From positions 1-64,000 of the forward strand of contig CAWJBB010000010.1 of NCBI GenBank assembly GCA_963840855.1: DNA of 64,000 bases, written 5' to 3'. A model generated the notes under the pieces. The model saw nothing but the letters and a program-made list of their open reading frames with translations. It searched no databases and was not told where the DNA came from. The translations under genes were made by a program, and so were the position numbers. Shown piece by piece: positions 19,387 to 30,184 of this stretch (position 1 is its first letter; each line of letters begins with the position of its first letter). This DNA is from an uncultured delta proteobacterium (GTDB taxonomy: Bacteria > Desulfobacterota > Binatia > UBA9968).

Positions 19387-20481
19387 ATGGCCTCACTTCT
19401 AAACAAACTTAATCTCGGCTTTCTAGGCTCGATGGGTCAGAAAGACGCTTTCGTCGCCTTCGATATCGGTTCGAGCTCAGTAAAAATGGTCGAGGCGGTA
19501 CCCGAGAAAAATGGTTGGCGGCTGCTAAAGGCCGGAAGCGTCGGGCTTCCTGCCGGCGCCGTGCAGAATAACATGATTGTCGACAGCGGTGCGGTGGTCA
19601 AAGCGCTCAAGGGTCTCATTCATGATAACGGGGTGACTGCGACCAAAGTGATCGCGGCGGTTCCTGGGCGCTCGGTGATCATGAAAAAACTCGAGTTGCC
19701 GGCGCAGAAAGAAGACGAGCTGGACGCCAACGTTGAATTTGAGGCGAATAAGATCATTCCGGAGAACCTGGAGAACGTCAATCTTGACTACCAGGTCGTC
19801 AATTACCTCGAAGGCGGCAGCAAGATCGAAGTGCTCCTGGTCGCCGTGCGCAAAGAGATTGTTGAAAGCTATACTGACGTCATCGTGCAGGCGGGGCTTG
19901 AGCCGGCCGTGATGGATGTCGATTACTTTGCCATGGAAAGTATGTACGAATCTAACTACGAGCCGCAAGCGCCCGGCGAAATCATCGGCCTCATTCACAT
20001 CGGCGCCCGTTACACGAGTATCAATGTGTTGAGCAGTGGCGTCTCCACGTTTACCGGCGACCTGCCGGTGGGCGGGGAAGAATTTACCGACAGCTTGCGC
20101 CGCAGCCTCCAGCTTTCCGCCGAAGCGGCTGAGACGCTCAAGATCACCGGCATGCTGGAGGGCCAAGAATACGCCGAACTCGAGGAACTCCTGCGGCCCA
20201 CGTGCGAGTCGCTGGCGGAAGATATCCGCCGCACCCTGAGTTTATATGGCGCCATCGCCACGGAAGAAGGAATTCGGACCATATATGTCAGCGGCGGCGG
20301 CGCTCAATTGCGCGGTCTCAGCGGCGTACTAGAAGAAAAGCTTGGGGTCCCGGTGAAGATTGCCGATCCCTTCCGCGGATTCAAGCTGGATAAGCATGTC
20401 GACCTGGTACATTTGCAAGCATCGGCTTCCCAGTTCGGCGTGGGCGTGGGATTGGCCATTCGGAGGCCCGGAGACAAATGA
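19387..20481 (+). CDS. pilM: Type IV pilus assembly protein PilM
   Basis: Actin-like fold motifs DIGSSSVK and SGGGA; operon order. Confidence 0.95.
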   Translation: MASLLNKLNLGFLGSMGQKDAFVAFDIGSSSVKMVEAVPEKNGWRLLKAGSVGLPAGAVQNNMIVDSGAVVKALKGLIHDNGVTATKVIAAVPGRSVIMKKLELPAQKEDELDANVEFEANKIIPENLENVNLDYQVVNYLEGGSKIEVLLVAVRKEIVESYTDVIVQAGLEPAVMDVDYFAMESMYESNYEPQAPGEIIGLIHIGARYTSINVLSSGVSTFTGDLPVGGEEFTDSLRRSLQLSAEAAETLKITGMLEGQEYAELEELLRPTCESLAEDIRRTLSLYGAIATEEGIRTIYVSGGGAQLRGLSGVLEEKLGVPVKIADPFRGFKLDKHVDLVHLQASASQFGVGVGLAIRRPGDK

Positions 20482-21083
20482 TTCGCATAAACCTTCTGCC
20501 GGTCAAAGAAATCAAAGCTGAGGTCAGCCGGCGCCGCGAGCTGACACTGGGCGCCCTATGCCTCGGCGCCACCTTAGCCGTTATTGCCGGGCTTTATGTC
20601 GTGCAGTACGGCCGCGTATCCGCCTTGGAGAACGAACTCACCGCTCTGCGCACGGAGCTGACGACGCTTAACGGACAGGCCAAAGCCGTCACCGATCTGG
20701 AAAACAAGATTAGAGAAGTCAAAGGTAAGCACCAGGTCATTGAGGAAATCAACAAGAAAAAAGCAGGTCCGGTGCGGGTGATGCAGAGCCTTTCGGCCTC
20801 CATGCCTGGCGCTCTATGGCTGACCCAATTCAAGGAAACCGGCGGTAACCTCTCGATTACCGGAGTGGCCGCCGATAACCAGACCATTGCGGAGTTTCTC
20901 ACGTCGCTCGGCAGCCATGCCTACTTCCAAAACACTGAGTTGGTTGAAACCACCCAAACGGACCAAGCTGGTCTGCCGCCGCGGCGTTTCCTGATCAAAT
21001 CCAAACTTCTCTATCAACCCGTACTGGCGCATACCGACACAGACAAAACTCCAGCCAAAGCGGCGATGGTCATTAAGGATTAG
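20478..21083 (+). CDS. pilN: Type IV pilus assembly protein PilN
   Basis: INLLP motif, TM helix, coiled coil. Confidence 0.93.
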   Translation: MIRINLLPVKEIKAEVSRRRELTLGALCLGATLAVIAGLYVVQYGRVSALENELTALRTELTTLNGQAKAVTDLENKIREVKGKHQVIEEINKKKAGPVRVMQSLSASMPGALWLTQFKETGGNLSITGVAADNQTIAEFLTSLGSHAYFQNTELVETTQTDQAGLPPRRFLIKSKLLYQPVLAHTDTDKTPAKAAMVIKD

Positions 21084-21097
21084 CCGAGCAAATCGCC

Positions 21098-21721
21098 ATG
21101 AACAATTTTTTGGATCGAATTCTAAGCCGTCCACGCACGCAGAAGATCGGCATATTGGCAGGGGCGATTGTTTTATTGCTGGCCGCCGGCTTTTTTTACG
21201 TTTATCAGCCCAGCACCGATCAAATCACCCGATTGACCCAAGACGCGGATAAAGTTCGGCAAGAGCGTGACCAGAAGCAAAAGATCGCGGCCAATTTCGC
21301 CAAGCTCAAACGCGATCTCGACGAGTGGGACGCCAAACTCAAAATGGTGGTCGCGCAACTTCCGGACAGCCGCGAAATTCCCGACCTGTTGAGCACTATC
21401 TCCACCAAGGCGCGGGAATCCGGGCTGGAGATAATTCTGTTTCGTCCCAGGCCGGAAAATTTAAAAGATTTTTACGCAGAAATCCCGGTGGATATCGTCG
21501 TGCGCGGCGGATTCATTAGCGCCGTGACTTTTTTCGATGAAGTGGGCAAGTTTAACCGGCTGGTGAACATCGACAACATCGATTTCAAAAATCCTAAAAT
21601 TAGCGGCGACCAGGTAGGTCTCGAGATTTCGACATTGGCCACCACCTACCGTTTCCTGGACGAGGCGGAACGGAAGAAAGTGGCGGAAGATAAGGCTAAG
21701 GCTGATAAAGCCAAAAAGTAG
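21098..21721 (+). CDS. pilO: Type IV pilus assembly protein PilO
   Basis: QLPDSREIPDLL, FYAEIP, TYRF. Confidence 0.93.
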   Translation: MNNFLDRILSRPRTQKIGILAGAIVLLLAAGFFYVYQPSTDQITRLTQDADKVRQERDQKQKIAANFAKLKRDLDEWDAKLKMVVAQLPDSREIPDLLSTISTKARESGLEIILFRPRPENLKDFYAEIPVDIVVRGGFISAVTFFDEVGKFNRLVNIDNIDFKNPKISGDQVGLEISTLATTYRFLDEAERKKVAEDKAKADKAKK

Positions 21722-21727
21722 TGAACC

Positions 21728-22357
21728 ATGATTATGGGAGCAAAAAAACTTGCATGGCTGATTATTCCCTTCTGCGTCGGCGGTTCCTTGTGGGCTCAGG
21801 AAAAGATTGAAACCCCGCCGCAAAAAGCGAAGGAAGCGGTAGATAAGCTCAAGGCGGCGCCGAGCGCCGTCGGCAAGAGTTTGCAGGATCTCGGTAAGAC
21901 CGTAGGCGCAAAGCTTGGCTTGGGGCATGGCGAAGTGAAAACGGCTAAGACCACATCGGAAGCCGTACCGGTCCCGCAGGCGGAAAAAGAAGCTGAAGAA
22001 CCGAAACCAGCTGTTTCGCCCATCCTTAGCAAGCGCGATCCCTTTCGGCCCTACACTTTAGATAACCGGTCATCAAAAACGCCGCGCCAAGCCCGCTCTC
22101 CTTTGGAGCGTTACGAGCTCGGCCAATTGAAGCTGGTCGGTGTCATCTGGGATATCAAACAACCGAACGCCATCGTGGAAGATTCAGCGGGTTTGGGATA
22201 CGTCGTCAGGATCGGCACGCCAATAGGCTCGAACGAGGGTAAGGTAATAACTATTCAACCGGCAAGACTCGTGATCGAAGAATTTCAATTTGATGTGTAC
22301 GGCGCCAAGAAAAAAATCGAGCGCAGCATGAGATTAGAACCGGAGAAGGCGGAATGA
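21728..22357 (+). CDS. pilP: Type IV pilus assembly protein PilP
   Basis: RDPF, PLERYELGQLKLVG, IGSNEG. Confidence 0.9.
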   Translation: MIMGAKKLAWLIIPFCVGGSLWAQEKIETPPQKAKEAVDKLKAAPSAVGKSLQDLGKTVGAKLGLGHGEVKTAKTTSEAVPVPQAEKEAEEPKPAVSPILSKRDPFRPYTLDNRSSKTPRQARSPLERYELGQLKLVGVIWDIKQPNAIVEDSAGLGYVVRIGTPIGSNEGKVITIQPARLVIEEFQFDVYGAKKKIERSMRLEPEKAE

Positions 22358-24390
22358 TGAAAATAGCGCATATGGTAAAAAGGCTTTTGACTGACAGGCT
22401 TGAAAAAGTGACCATCCCAGGGTGGTCGCTTTCTGCGGCTTGTCTCGGAATCGCATTGGCGCCGTCAATGTTCGGTTGCACGCCGGCGGCGATGAATGGG
22501 GGCATAAAATATCCTGCGGCCGTAGCGCAAATGCCGGCCGCTTCGACGCCCCAGCAAGCAACCGGCCAGCAGAACGAATCCGGCAAGGTGCAAGACCTTT
22601 CGGTGCGCGAGGAATCCGGCCAGACGATTTTGACCATCAAACTCGCGAAGGGCATCGCCCAATACCGCCATTTCCCGTTGCCCCAGCCGACACGGATCAT
22701 GCTTGACGTCTTCAATGATGCCCAGCCATCGGAGACCGAAACCTATCGCATCGCGAGTACTTTGGTAAGTCACTTGAAAGTTAGCTCGGGTGATGGCTAC
22801 ACGCGCATGGCGTTGGAGATCATGGCCGGAGCGGTGCCTCAATACGTCGTCACGCCTGAGGATGGCGGCGTGAAAATCGTCGTCGGCAGCACCGATGCAA
22901 AAATTGCCGCAAAACGTTCGTTTGATCTGGTCAAGAGTGGAAAGCGGCTGGACCAAAGGATGACGGAGGCAGGAATTGTCGCCATGGCCGCCGAAGCCGG
23001 GGGAACGGCACGTGGGGAAGCACAAGCCGTAAAAAGTTACACGGGGCAAAAGCTGTCGCTGGATTTCAAAGACGCGGATATCAAAAATGTTTTTCGCCTC
23101 TTGGCGGAAGTGAGCGGCCTGAACATCGTGGTCACCAACGATGTCAATAGAAAAGTCACGCTCCGGCTGGTGGACGTGCCCTGGGATCAGGCGCTCGATC
23201 TGCTCATCGACACCAACGGTCTGGGCAAGGAACAATTGGGCAACGTGGTAAGAATCTCTACTGCCGGCCAGTTAAAATCCGAACGGGATGCCTTGTGGGC
23301 CGCGAAAAAATCCGAAGAAAATCTCGAGCCGCTCCACACCGTCTACTTCAATGTCAATTACGCCAAAGTAAGAGTTATCGAGGCCAGTGTTAAGCCGCTA
23401 CTCAGCAAGCGGCCGGACGCCTCGCTGGTCAGCGACGAGCGCAGCAACACGTTGATGGTTCGAGACATCAAGAAGTCCGTCGACGACGTAAGCGCGCTCA
23501 TCGCCCGACTCGACATGCGGACGCCTCAAGTCATGATCGAGTCTAACCTGATCGAAACCACGCCGAGCTTTGCACGGGCCTTGGGCAACCGCCTGACATT
23601 CAAGCTTGGGAGTACGACAATCAGTTCCGGCGCCGGAGCTGGTACGCCGTTTGGGGGTTCGACTACCTCTTTTCCGAGCTTTGCGACGGGCTTAGGTGCG
23701 ACAGTTGGCATCATTCAGAATAAGTTTTTCGGTATACACAATCTCGCCGACGCATTGGAGGCCGCTGAGAACGAAGGCAATATCAAAATTATTTCCCGTC
23801 CTTCGGTTGTCACACTGAACAACCAAGCGTCAACCATTCGCAGCGAACGAATCTTGCGTATCTCGTTGCCAAGCTCGACAAACATTGCCACTGGTTCCGG
23901 ATCATCCGCTGCCGGTGCCGCCGTAGCAACGGAAAAAATACCTGTGGGGATCATTCTTACGGTGACACCCCAGGTATCGAGCGACGGTTTTGTTTTGATG
24001 AAAATCAACGTCAAATCAAGCTCGATAGCCAATAGCTCGACCGTCCCGTCAGGCAGTGGTACCCCCGTGATTCCCTTCGACGAACTGAGCCGCGAAGCGG
24101 AAGCTAGCGTATTAGTGAAAGACGGTGAGACCATCGTCCTCGGCGGAATTTTGAAAGATACGAGGAATGAATCTGAAAGCGGTGTTCCGTTTGTTAAGGA
24201 TATTCCTATTTTCGGTTGGTTGTTCAAGAACCATCGCTGGCAGAAGGATTTTGAAGAGCTCATGGTCTTCATAACTCCCCGAATTGCTGACGCTGGTTCG
24301 AGCAACTTGCCCACGGCGGAGCAGATGTGGCGCGATCAGATGAGAAAAACCGAAGGCAATGAGTTGCCGCCGCCTCCGGCGAGATTATAG
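22354..24390 (+). CDS. pilQ: Type IV pilus secretin PilQ
   Basis: AMIN-like domain, YTGQKLSLDFKDADI, VPWDQALD, secretin C-domain (GVPFVKDIPIFGWLF, VFITPRI). Confidence 0.95.
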   Translation: MMKIAHMVKRLLTDRLEKVTIPGWSLSAACLGIALAPSMFGCTPAAMNGGIKYPAAVAQMPAASTPQQATGQQNESGKVQDLSVREESGQTILTIKLAKGIAQYRHFPLPQPTRIMLDVFNDAQPSETETYRIASTLVSHLKVSSGDGYTRMALEIMAGAVPQYVVTPEDGGVKIVVGSTDAKIAAKRSFDLVKSGKRLDQRMTEAGIVAMAAEAGGTARGEAQAVKSYTGQKLSLDFKDADIKNVFRLLAEVSGLNIVVTNDVNRKVTLRLVDVPWDQALDLLIDTNGLGKEQLGNVVRISTAGQLKSERDALWAAKKSEENLEPLHTVYFNVNYAKVRVIEASVKPLLSKRPDASLVSDERSNTLMVRDIKKSVDDVSALIARLDMRTPQVMIESNLIETTPSFARALGNRLTFKLGSTTISSGAGAGTPFGGSTTSFPSFATGLGATVGIIQNKFFGIHNLADALEAAENEGNIKIISRPSVVTLNNQASTIRSERILRISLPSSTNIATGSGSSAAGAAVATEKIPVGIILTVTPQVSSDGFVLMKINVKSSSIANSSTVPSGSGTPVIPFDELSREAEASVLVKDGETIVLGGILKDTRNESESGVPFVKDIPIFGWLFKNHRWQKDFEELMVFITPRIADAGSSNLPTAEQMWRDQMRKTEGNELPPPPARL

Positions 24391-24430
24391 GCGCCTATCC
24401 ATCTCGTACTCTCCTCTCCCTGTTTCTTAA

Positions 24431-24470
24431 CGATGCGGGGCGGCTGACGCCGCCCCGCATCGCCTTTGTT
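24431..24470 (+). terminator. Hairpin after pilQ
   Basis: CGATGCGGGGCGGC-TGAC-GCCGCCCCGCATCG followed by CCTTTGTT. Confidence 0.7.
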
Positions 24471-24647
24471 GGGACGAAGCAAAAAATCGATCCGCCGTCA
24501 CGCAAGCGTTTCCCGTCCTGTCCGACTTTGAATTCACCCGCCCGCGGCGAAATCTATTACCTTCGGTTTCATCATACCTTGGTAAGCCGGGCTTGAAAGC
24601 CCCTGTCTCTCTCTGTACTCTAAGGGCCGGCATAGAGGAGCGGTTTC

Positions 24648-25844
24648 ATGTTGCGTTACTTCACCGCGGGAGAGTCCCACGGCCCCTGTTTGACCATTCT
24701 AATCGACGGTGTGCCCGCGGGTTTCCCCATCGACGTTGCTAAAATCAACCATGACCTCTGGCGTCGCCAACAAGGCTACGGTCGCGGCGGCCGCATGTTG
24801 ATCGAAAAAGACGAAGCGCAGATTCGCTCCGGCATTCGTTGGGGCGAGACACTGGGGTCGCCGGTCGCGCTCGGCATCGAAAACCGGGATTGGAAAAACT
24901 GGACCAAGAAAATGTCGCCGTCACCTGAAGACCGGGATGATAAAATAGCCGTGACCAAGCCCCGGCCGGGCCACGCCGACTTGAATGGTGTTCTTAAATA
25001 CGACCGCCGGGATATCCGCGATATTCTCGAACGGGCGAGCGCGCGGGACACCGTGTCGCGCACGGCTGCGGGCGCTTTCGCGAAGCAATTGCTGGCGCCA
25101 TTCGGCATCAGGGTGATGGGTTATATCCGGTCCATCGGCGGTGTTACCGCCAATTTAGACGGACTATCGTACGAAGAGACCTACGCGCGCGCCGAAGAGT
25201 CGCCGGTGCGCACCGCCGACAGCGCCGCCGAAGCGAAGATGATCGCGCTGATCGAAGAGTGCAAAAAGGAAGGCAACACGCTGGGCGGAATTTTCGAGGT
25301 CGTGGCCTTGGGTTTGCCGCCGGGACTCGGTACGCACACGCAATGGGACAAAAAACTCGATGGGCGGCTGGCGCAGGCCTTGATGAGTATTCAGGCGATC
25401 AAGGGCGTCGAGGTCGGGCTCGGATTCGAGATGGCGAGGCGCCGCGGTTCGCAAGTGCATGATGAAATCTTTTTCGACCCGGATAAGATGGTAAGCGAGG
25501 GCACGCCAAGAATCGTGCCCACCGGGTTTTACCGCGGCAGCAACAATTCGGGCGGCACGGAGGGAGGCATGACCAATGGCGCGCCGCTGGTGGTTCGAGT
25601 GGCGATGAAGCCTATTTCCACGCTCATGAGCCCTTTGCAGTCCGTCGATCTTCGCACCAAACAATCCGCCGACGCCTCCGTCGAGCGCTCCGATGTTTGC
25701 GCGGCGCCCGCCGCCGCCGTGGTCGGCGAAAGCGTCGTGGCTTTCGAACTGGCGAATGCGTTGCTGGATAAATTCGGCGGCGACTCTTTGCGTGAAATCA
25801 AGCGCAACTACGAAAACTATCTCGAACAAATCAAGGCCTATTAA
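24648..25844 (+). CDS. aroC: Chorismate synthase
   Basis: TAGESHG, RPGHAD, ERASAR, MKPIST. Confidence 0.97.
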   Translation: MLRYFTAGESHGPCLTILIDGVPAGFPIDVAKINHDLWRRQQGYGRGGRMLIEKDEAQIRSGIRWGETLGSPVALGIENRDWKNWTKKMSPSPEDRDDKIAVTKPRPGHADLNGVLKYDRRDIRDILERASARDTVSRTAAGAFAKQLLAPFGIRVMGYIRSIGGVTANLDGLSYEETYARAEESPVRTADSAAEAKMIALIEECKKEGNTLGGIFEVVALGLPPGLGTHTQWDKKLDGRLAQALMSIQAIKGVEVGLGFEMARRRGSQVHDEIFFDPDKMVSEGTPRIVPTGFYRGSNNSGGTEGGMTNGAPLVVRVAMKPISTLMSPLQSVDLRTKQSADASVERSDVCAAPAAAVVGESVVAFELANALLDKFGGDSLREIKRNYENYLEQIKAY

Positions 25845-25848
25845 CCCG

Positions 25849-26373
25849 TTGCCGCCAAACTCAACGCAGACCATCGCCATTACCGGTTTCATGGCCGTCG
25901 GCAAGAGCGCCGTAGGGCGAACCCTGGCGCGAAGGCTCAAGCGCCAATTTGTCGATCTCGATAAAGTGATCGAAAAGACCGAGGGTATGAAAGTCAAAGA
26001 CATCTTCGCCCAAAAGGGAGAATCCTATTTCCGGGCGCGCGAGAAACAGGCTTTGGCGGAAGTTTTGAAACATGAGAACCAAGTTATCGCGACAGGCGGC
26101 GGCGCCATTATCGACGAGGAAAACCTCGGGCTTCTACGGGAGAAAACGCTCTTGGTTTGTCTTACGGCTTCCCTTGATGCGCTGCTCAAGCGGATAGGCG
26201 CGGGCTCGAAGCGCCCGCTTCTTAAAGACGCTGATCGCAAAAACCGAATTGACGAGCTTTTGCAGCTGCGGGAGGGAAAATACGCTCGAGCGCATCTGTC
26301 CATCGATACCACCGACTTGACCGTTAACCAGGTTGCGGAGAGAATTATCGAGATGGCGAAGCTGGAGCGCTAG
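25849..26373 (+). CDS. aroK: Shikimate kinase
   Basis: GFMAVGKS, FVDLD, GESYFR, ATGGG, RPLL; TTG start inferred. Confidence 0.93.
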   Translation: MPPNSTQTIAITGFMAVGKSAVGRTLARRLKRQFVDLDKVIEKTEGMKVKDIFAQKGESYFRAREKQALAEVLKHENQVIATGGGAIIDEENLGLLREKTLLVCLTASLDALLKRIGAGSKRPLLKDADRKNRIDELLQLREGKYARAHLSIDTTDLTVNQVAERIIEMAKLER

Positions 26374-26377
26374 AGAT

Positions 26378-27454
26378 ATGAAGACACTCACGGTAAATCT
26401 CGGCGACCGTTCGTATCCGATCTATGTCGGCGCTGGAATTCTGGCGCGGGCCGGCGAGTTCCTGCAAGCGGCGGGATTGCGCGGCAAAGTCGCGGTGGTG
26501 AGTAATTCCACGGTAGCGAAGCTTTATATAGAACCGGTTAATGAAGCTCTGACGCGGGCGGGTTTTGAAGTCGTAACCATGCTGATACCCGACGGCGAAG
26601 AGCATAAGAATCTTGACTCTCTGGCCATGATATACGATCGCCTGGTGAGAGCGCGCTTCGAGCGTAAGTCGATCATTCTGGCATTGGGCGGTGGAGTGGT
26701 CGGAGATCTGGCGGGATTTGCCGCGGCCACTTACCTGCGCGGGGTGCCCTATATTCAGGTGCCAACGACGTTGCTCGCCCAGGTGGATTCCAGCGTGGGC
26801 GGTAAGACGGCAGTGAATCATCGGGACGGCAAAAATCTCATCGGCGCATTTTACCAACCGCGCCTGGTGTTGATCGATGTCGAAATGCTGCGCTCGTTGC
26901 CGCGCCGCGAACTGGTCGCCGGCCTGGCGGAGGTGATCAAATACGGCATCATCGAAGACGCCGAGTTGTTTAGTGTTTTGGAAGACAAGATCGACCTGCT
27001 AATCGGCTTGGACGGTGCGCTCTTGAGTCAAGTCATCGCTGCGTCTTGCGCCATTAAGGCCCGCGTGGTGGAACAAGACGAACGTGAGGATGATTATCGC
27101 GCCGTGTTGAATTTTGGCCATACCGTGGGCCACGCCCTGGAAGCCGCCACGGGCTACAGCGAATTTCTGCACGGCGAAGCGGTGGGGGTCGGAATAACCA
27201 AGGCCACGGCGATCTCTCTGCGCCACGGATTCTGTGACCAGCAAACTTTTGACCGCATTCGTCGTCTAATTGAAAAAACCGGATTGCCCTCGGATCTTCC
27301 CAAAGGCGTGACCAAGGAGAGTTTGATTCAAGGCATGGAAGTCGACAAGAAATCGGCTGGCGGAAAGATCAAGTTCGTCATGTGCGCGGGCATCGGCAAG
27401 ACCCGTTTCCACAGTCTCTCGCCGGCGGAGGTCTTGGCGGGTCTCGGTAATTAG
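26378..27454 (+). CDS. aroB: 3-dehydroquinate synthase
   Basis: GGGVVGDLAGF, PTTLLAQVDSSVGGKT, LNFGHTVGH. Confidence 0.97.
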   Translation: MKTLTVNLGDRSYPIYVGAGILARAGEFLQAAGLRGKVAVVSNSTVAKLYIEPVNEALTRAGFEVVTMLIPDGEEHKNLDSLAMIYDRLVRARFERKSIILALGGGVVGDLAGFAAATYLRGVPYIQVPTTLLAQVDSSVGGKTAVNHRDGKNLIGAFYQPRLVLIDVEMLRSLPRRELVAGLAEVIKYGIIEDAELFSVLEDKIDLLIGLDGALLSQVIAASCAIKARVVEQDEREDDYRAVLNFGHTVGHALEAATGYSEFLHGEAVGVGITKATAISLRHGFCDQQTFDRIRRLIEKTGLPSDLPKGVTKESLIQGMEVDKKSAGGKIKFVMCAGIGKTRFHSLSPAEVLAGLGN

Positions 27455-27505
27455 CGGGCAACTGGCGCGGTGGTGCGGCCGCCGGTTCTATTTTAGGAAT
27501 CGCTG

Positions 27506-27946
27506 ATGGCAAAAAAGAAAAAAATCCTGGTGCTCAACGGCCCCAACTTGAATCTGCTGGGCAAGAGGCAGCCGGATATTTACGGCCGGTTGACGCTGGA
27601 GCAGATCAACCGAAAGATCCGCGCCTTGGCGAAAGAGTTAGGCGTCGATGTCGATATCCGCCAGTCGAACCACGAAGGCGAGTTAGTCACGTGGATACAG
27701 CAAGCGCCCGGTCAATTTGGCGCCATCGTGATCAACCCGGCGGCTTATACCCACTCGAGCGTGGCGATGAGAGATGCGATCACCTCGGTGGGCTTACCGA
27801 CGATCGAGATTCACCTTTCGAACATTCACAGGCGCGAGCCGTTCCGGCACCACTCCTACATCGCCGAAGCGGCGGTGGGACAAATCGCGGGCTTTGGCGC
27901 GGACAGTTATTTGCTCGGTTTGCGAGCCGCGGTGGCACGGCTCTGA
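27506..27946 (+). CDS. aroQ: Type II 3-dehydroquinate dehydratase
   Basis: [24 protein letters not shown]. Confidence 0.97.
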   Translation: MAKKKKILVLNGPNLNLLGKRQPDIYGRLTLEQINRKIRALAKELGVDVDIRQSNHEGELVTWIQQAPGQFGAIVINPAAYTHSSVAMRDAITSVGLPTIEIHLSNIHRREPFRHHSYIAEAAVGQIAGFGADSYLLGLRAAVARL

Positions 27947-27956
27947 CGGCCTGACC

Positions 27957-28731
27957 TTATTGGTTTGTCGGTCCAGTATAAAGATTTTTCTGCTTCATCT
28001 CGTTGATCAAACGCTCTCGTTCTTTCTCGATTTCGAGAGCCTGATTGCGCAAATCGAGCAATTCTTTTTGGCGGTCCGTAAAGGTTTGCGGCGCTTCATA
28101 GGGCGAGACGGTTCGGCCGGTCGGCTGCACCTCCGATGACCGTCGGCGGCACACTGGTGAAAGGCGACGGCGTTAAAAGTTTCACGGGTGTGGGCTCGGA
28201 AGGATTGTTCTGAGCGTCTTTAAAGCGCGCCACGGCGTCATCCTGGCGGGCATTAATTTGCTCTTCGGTGACGAGCTGGGTTGGGTCAGCGCTCGTGGTG
28301 CCTCGGATAGATTCGGAATAACGATCTTGGGCGGCCTTGAGTTGCTCGTTCAGGTTAGTCATCTTTTCCTGGTAGGCCTTTTCTTCTCTGACCCGCACTT
28401 CTTCCGGGGTCGGGGTCACTCCCGCTGAACCTTGCTGAGCCGAAGGGGAAACACTCGCCGCCGGTTGGGTGGGCGTCTGGCTGCCTATTAAATTAAGATC
28501 ACCCGGCGCCGGGCTGTCTCCCTGGCGAATGGACTGAATCTGGTCCTTGCTAATGCCGATTTCACCGCCCAAACCACCGAACTTTATTACATTATTTTCT
28601 TCGCGGTAGCTCGGTACCGTGATGCGCCGGCCGTTCTTCAAAATCAATGTGTAGTCCGCGGCAGCAGGGATCGTCGAAGAACAAAATAGGGCTAAGAGTA
28701 AGGCCAATTTGATTTGAGTTTTCATAGCCAA
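27957..28731 (-). CDS. Secreted hypothetical protein with coiled-coil C-terminus (frameshift near 28135)
   Basis: Signal peptide and LKNGR motif; ORFs 28096-28731 and 27957-28154 join by one frameshift. Confidence 0.6.
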
Positions 28732-29031
28732 TAATTATAGCACGCTGCGGCGTCAGCGGTATATAGCAGCGTGAGGGGAGGCGCCGGCCGGGGAGTTTTT
28801 GTCTACACCCGCCCTGGTTTCATGTTAGCGTCAAACGCCTTGTCATGAAGCCTCCGTTGATCCGGGTTTGTCCGTGCTGCTTAATTTTTGCGCTGTCACG
28901 TCGGCCGGATCGGGGTGCGTAGCGGAGCCCAAAGTCTAGATCCTAACTCCTTAAAATAATACACGAATTTCACGACCAGAATCATTCGTTGCCCCGATGA
29001 GTCGTCGAGGCGTGCCCTCGTAGCGATCGTG

Positions 29032-29457
29032 TTATCTTTTAACTGTCTCCAGTTCCGCCGCAATAGCGATTTCGGAGGCGCCCGCCCGCTTGATCATAGA
29101 CATCACTTTTACCGTGTCCCCGAACAGCACATCTTTGTCGCCTCGCAGGATTACTATTTTTTCAGCGCTTGCAGCGAGGGCTTCCTTGAGGGCCGGTTCG
29201 AGGGTGTCCTCGGTTACCTTTTTTTGATTGAGGTAAATCTCTTTTTTCGGCGTGAGCGTTACGGTTGTGCCGCGGGTCTCTGACTTGGTCGCCACGGCCT
29301 TCGGCAGGTTCACTTTGCCGCCGGATTCGATCATGGCCGAACTCGTAATCATAAAGATGATTAGCAAGACGAGAAAAATATCTGTCAATGGCGTGATATT
29401 AATCTCCGCCATGATGTTGGAGCCGTTCTCGTCGCTGCCGAGCTGGGTTATCGCCAT
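29032..29457 (-). CDS. exbD: ExbD/TolR family protein
   Basis: EINITPLTDIFLVLLIIFMI, LRGD. Confidence 0.9.
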   Translation of the reverse strand: MAITQLGSDENGSNIMAEINITPLTDIFLVLLIIFMITSSAMIESGGKVNLPKAVATKSETRGTTVTLTPKKEIYLNQKKVTEDTLEPALKEALAASAEKIVILRGDKDVLFGDTVKVMSMIKRAGASEIAIAAELETVKR

Positions 29458-29466
29458 AAATCTACC

Positions 29467-30093
29467 TTAGAGGCTCATGTTATGTACGACCTTGGCTACC
29501 TGGATGCGGAAGAGGCCGTTCACGCTGGAAATGCGCGTTTGGAAATAGTTGTAAAAAATGAGCGCGATTATCGCCACCGCCAAACCCAACGCCGTGGCGA
29601 CCAGGGCTTCCGAGATACCTGCGGCCACCACGGCGAAGCCGCCGGTGCCGGCGATGGCCATGCTCTCGAAGGACTTGATAATGCCGACCACCGTGCCCAA
29701 CAATCCGATAAACGGCGCGCTGCTGGCCACGGTTCCTAGGATCCAGAGATTTTTTTTAAGTATCTGGGTTTCCTCGAACATCGCCTCCGTGGCAAACGCG
29801 TTCACCGCCTCCAACGGCTGGCTTGTTCCCTTGTCGAAAATTCTCAGGAAAATCCTGGCGGCGGGGGAGTCGGAGTTCTGCCGGCAAATGGCAATGGCCA
29901 AATCCCATTGTCCTTTCTTGATCGGGTCTATCAACGATTCGCAAATTCTCAGCGTTGCCGAACTGATATTTCTAAGCGACCACAGACGTTCCAGGACAAC
30001 GGTCACGCTGATAATCGACAAGAGAATAAGCGGGTAGGTCGCGATAGCGCCTTGATGGATAATGGTGAGCAGGTCTAAGCCGTGCTGTTGCAT
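29467..30093 (-). CDS. exbB: MotA/TolQ/ExbB proton channel protein
   Basis: APFIGLLGTVVGI, GISEALVATALGL. Confidence 0.9.
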   Translation of the reverse strand: MQQHGLDLLTIIHQGAIATYPLILLSIISVTVVLERLWSLRNISSATLRICESLIDPIKKGQWDLAIAICRQNSDSPAARIFLRIFDKGTSQPLEAVNAFATEAMFEETQILKKNLWILGTVASSAPFIGLLGTVVGIIKSFESMAIAGTGGFAVVAAGISEALVATALGLAVAIIALIFYNYFQTRISSVNGLFRIQVAKVVHNMSL

Positions 30094-30184
30094 GATGAAC
30101 TCTCTTAGTTACACCGACGAAGATTACCCAAATTGAAAATTAATTCAATGAAACAACGGAAAGAGTCGGACTGGAGCCGTTCAT

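Noticed and set aside
13073-27244. Long antisense ORFs over core genes (e.g. 13408-14157, 14326-15078, 25164-26003)
   Set aside because: Shadow ORFs expected from GC-rich codon bias, with no recognisable motifs.
28735-29030. Possible ncRNA or riboswitch between exbD and the secreted protein gene
   Set aside because: I could not recognise 6S, tmRNA, SRP or riboswitch consensus features; an Rfam scan would settle it.
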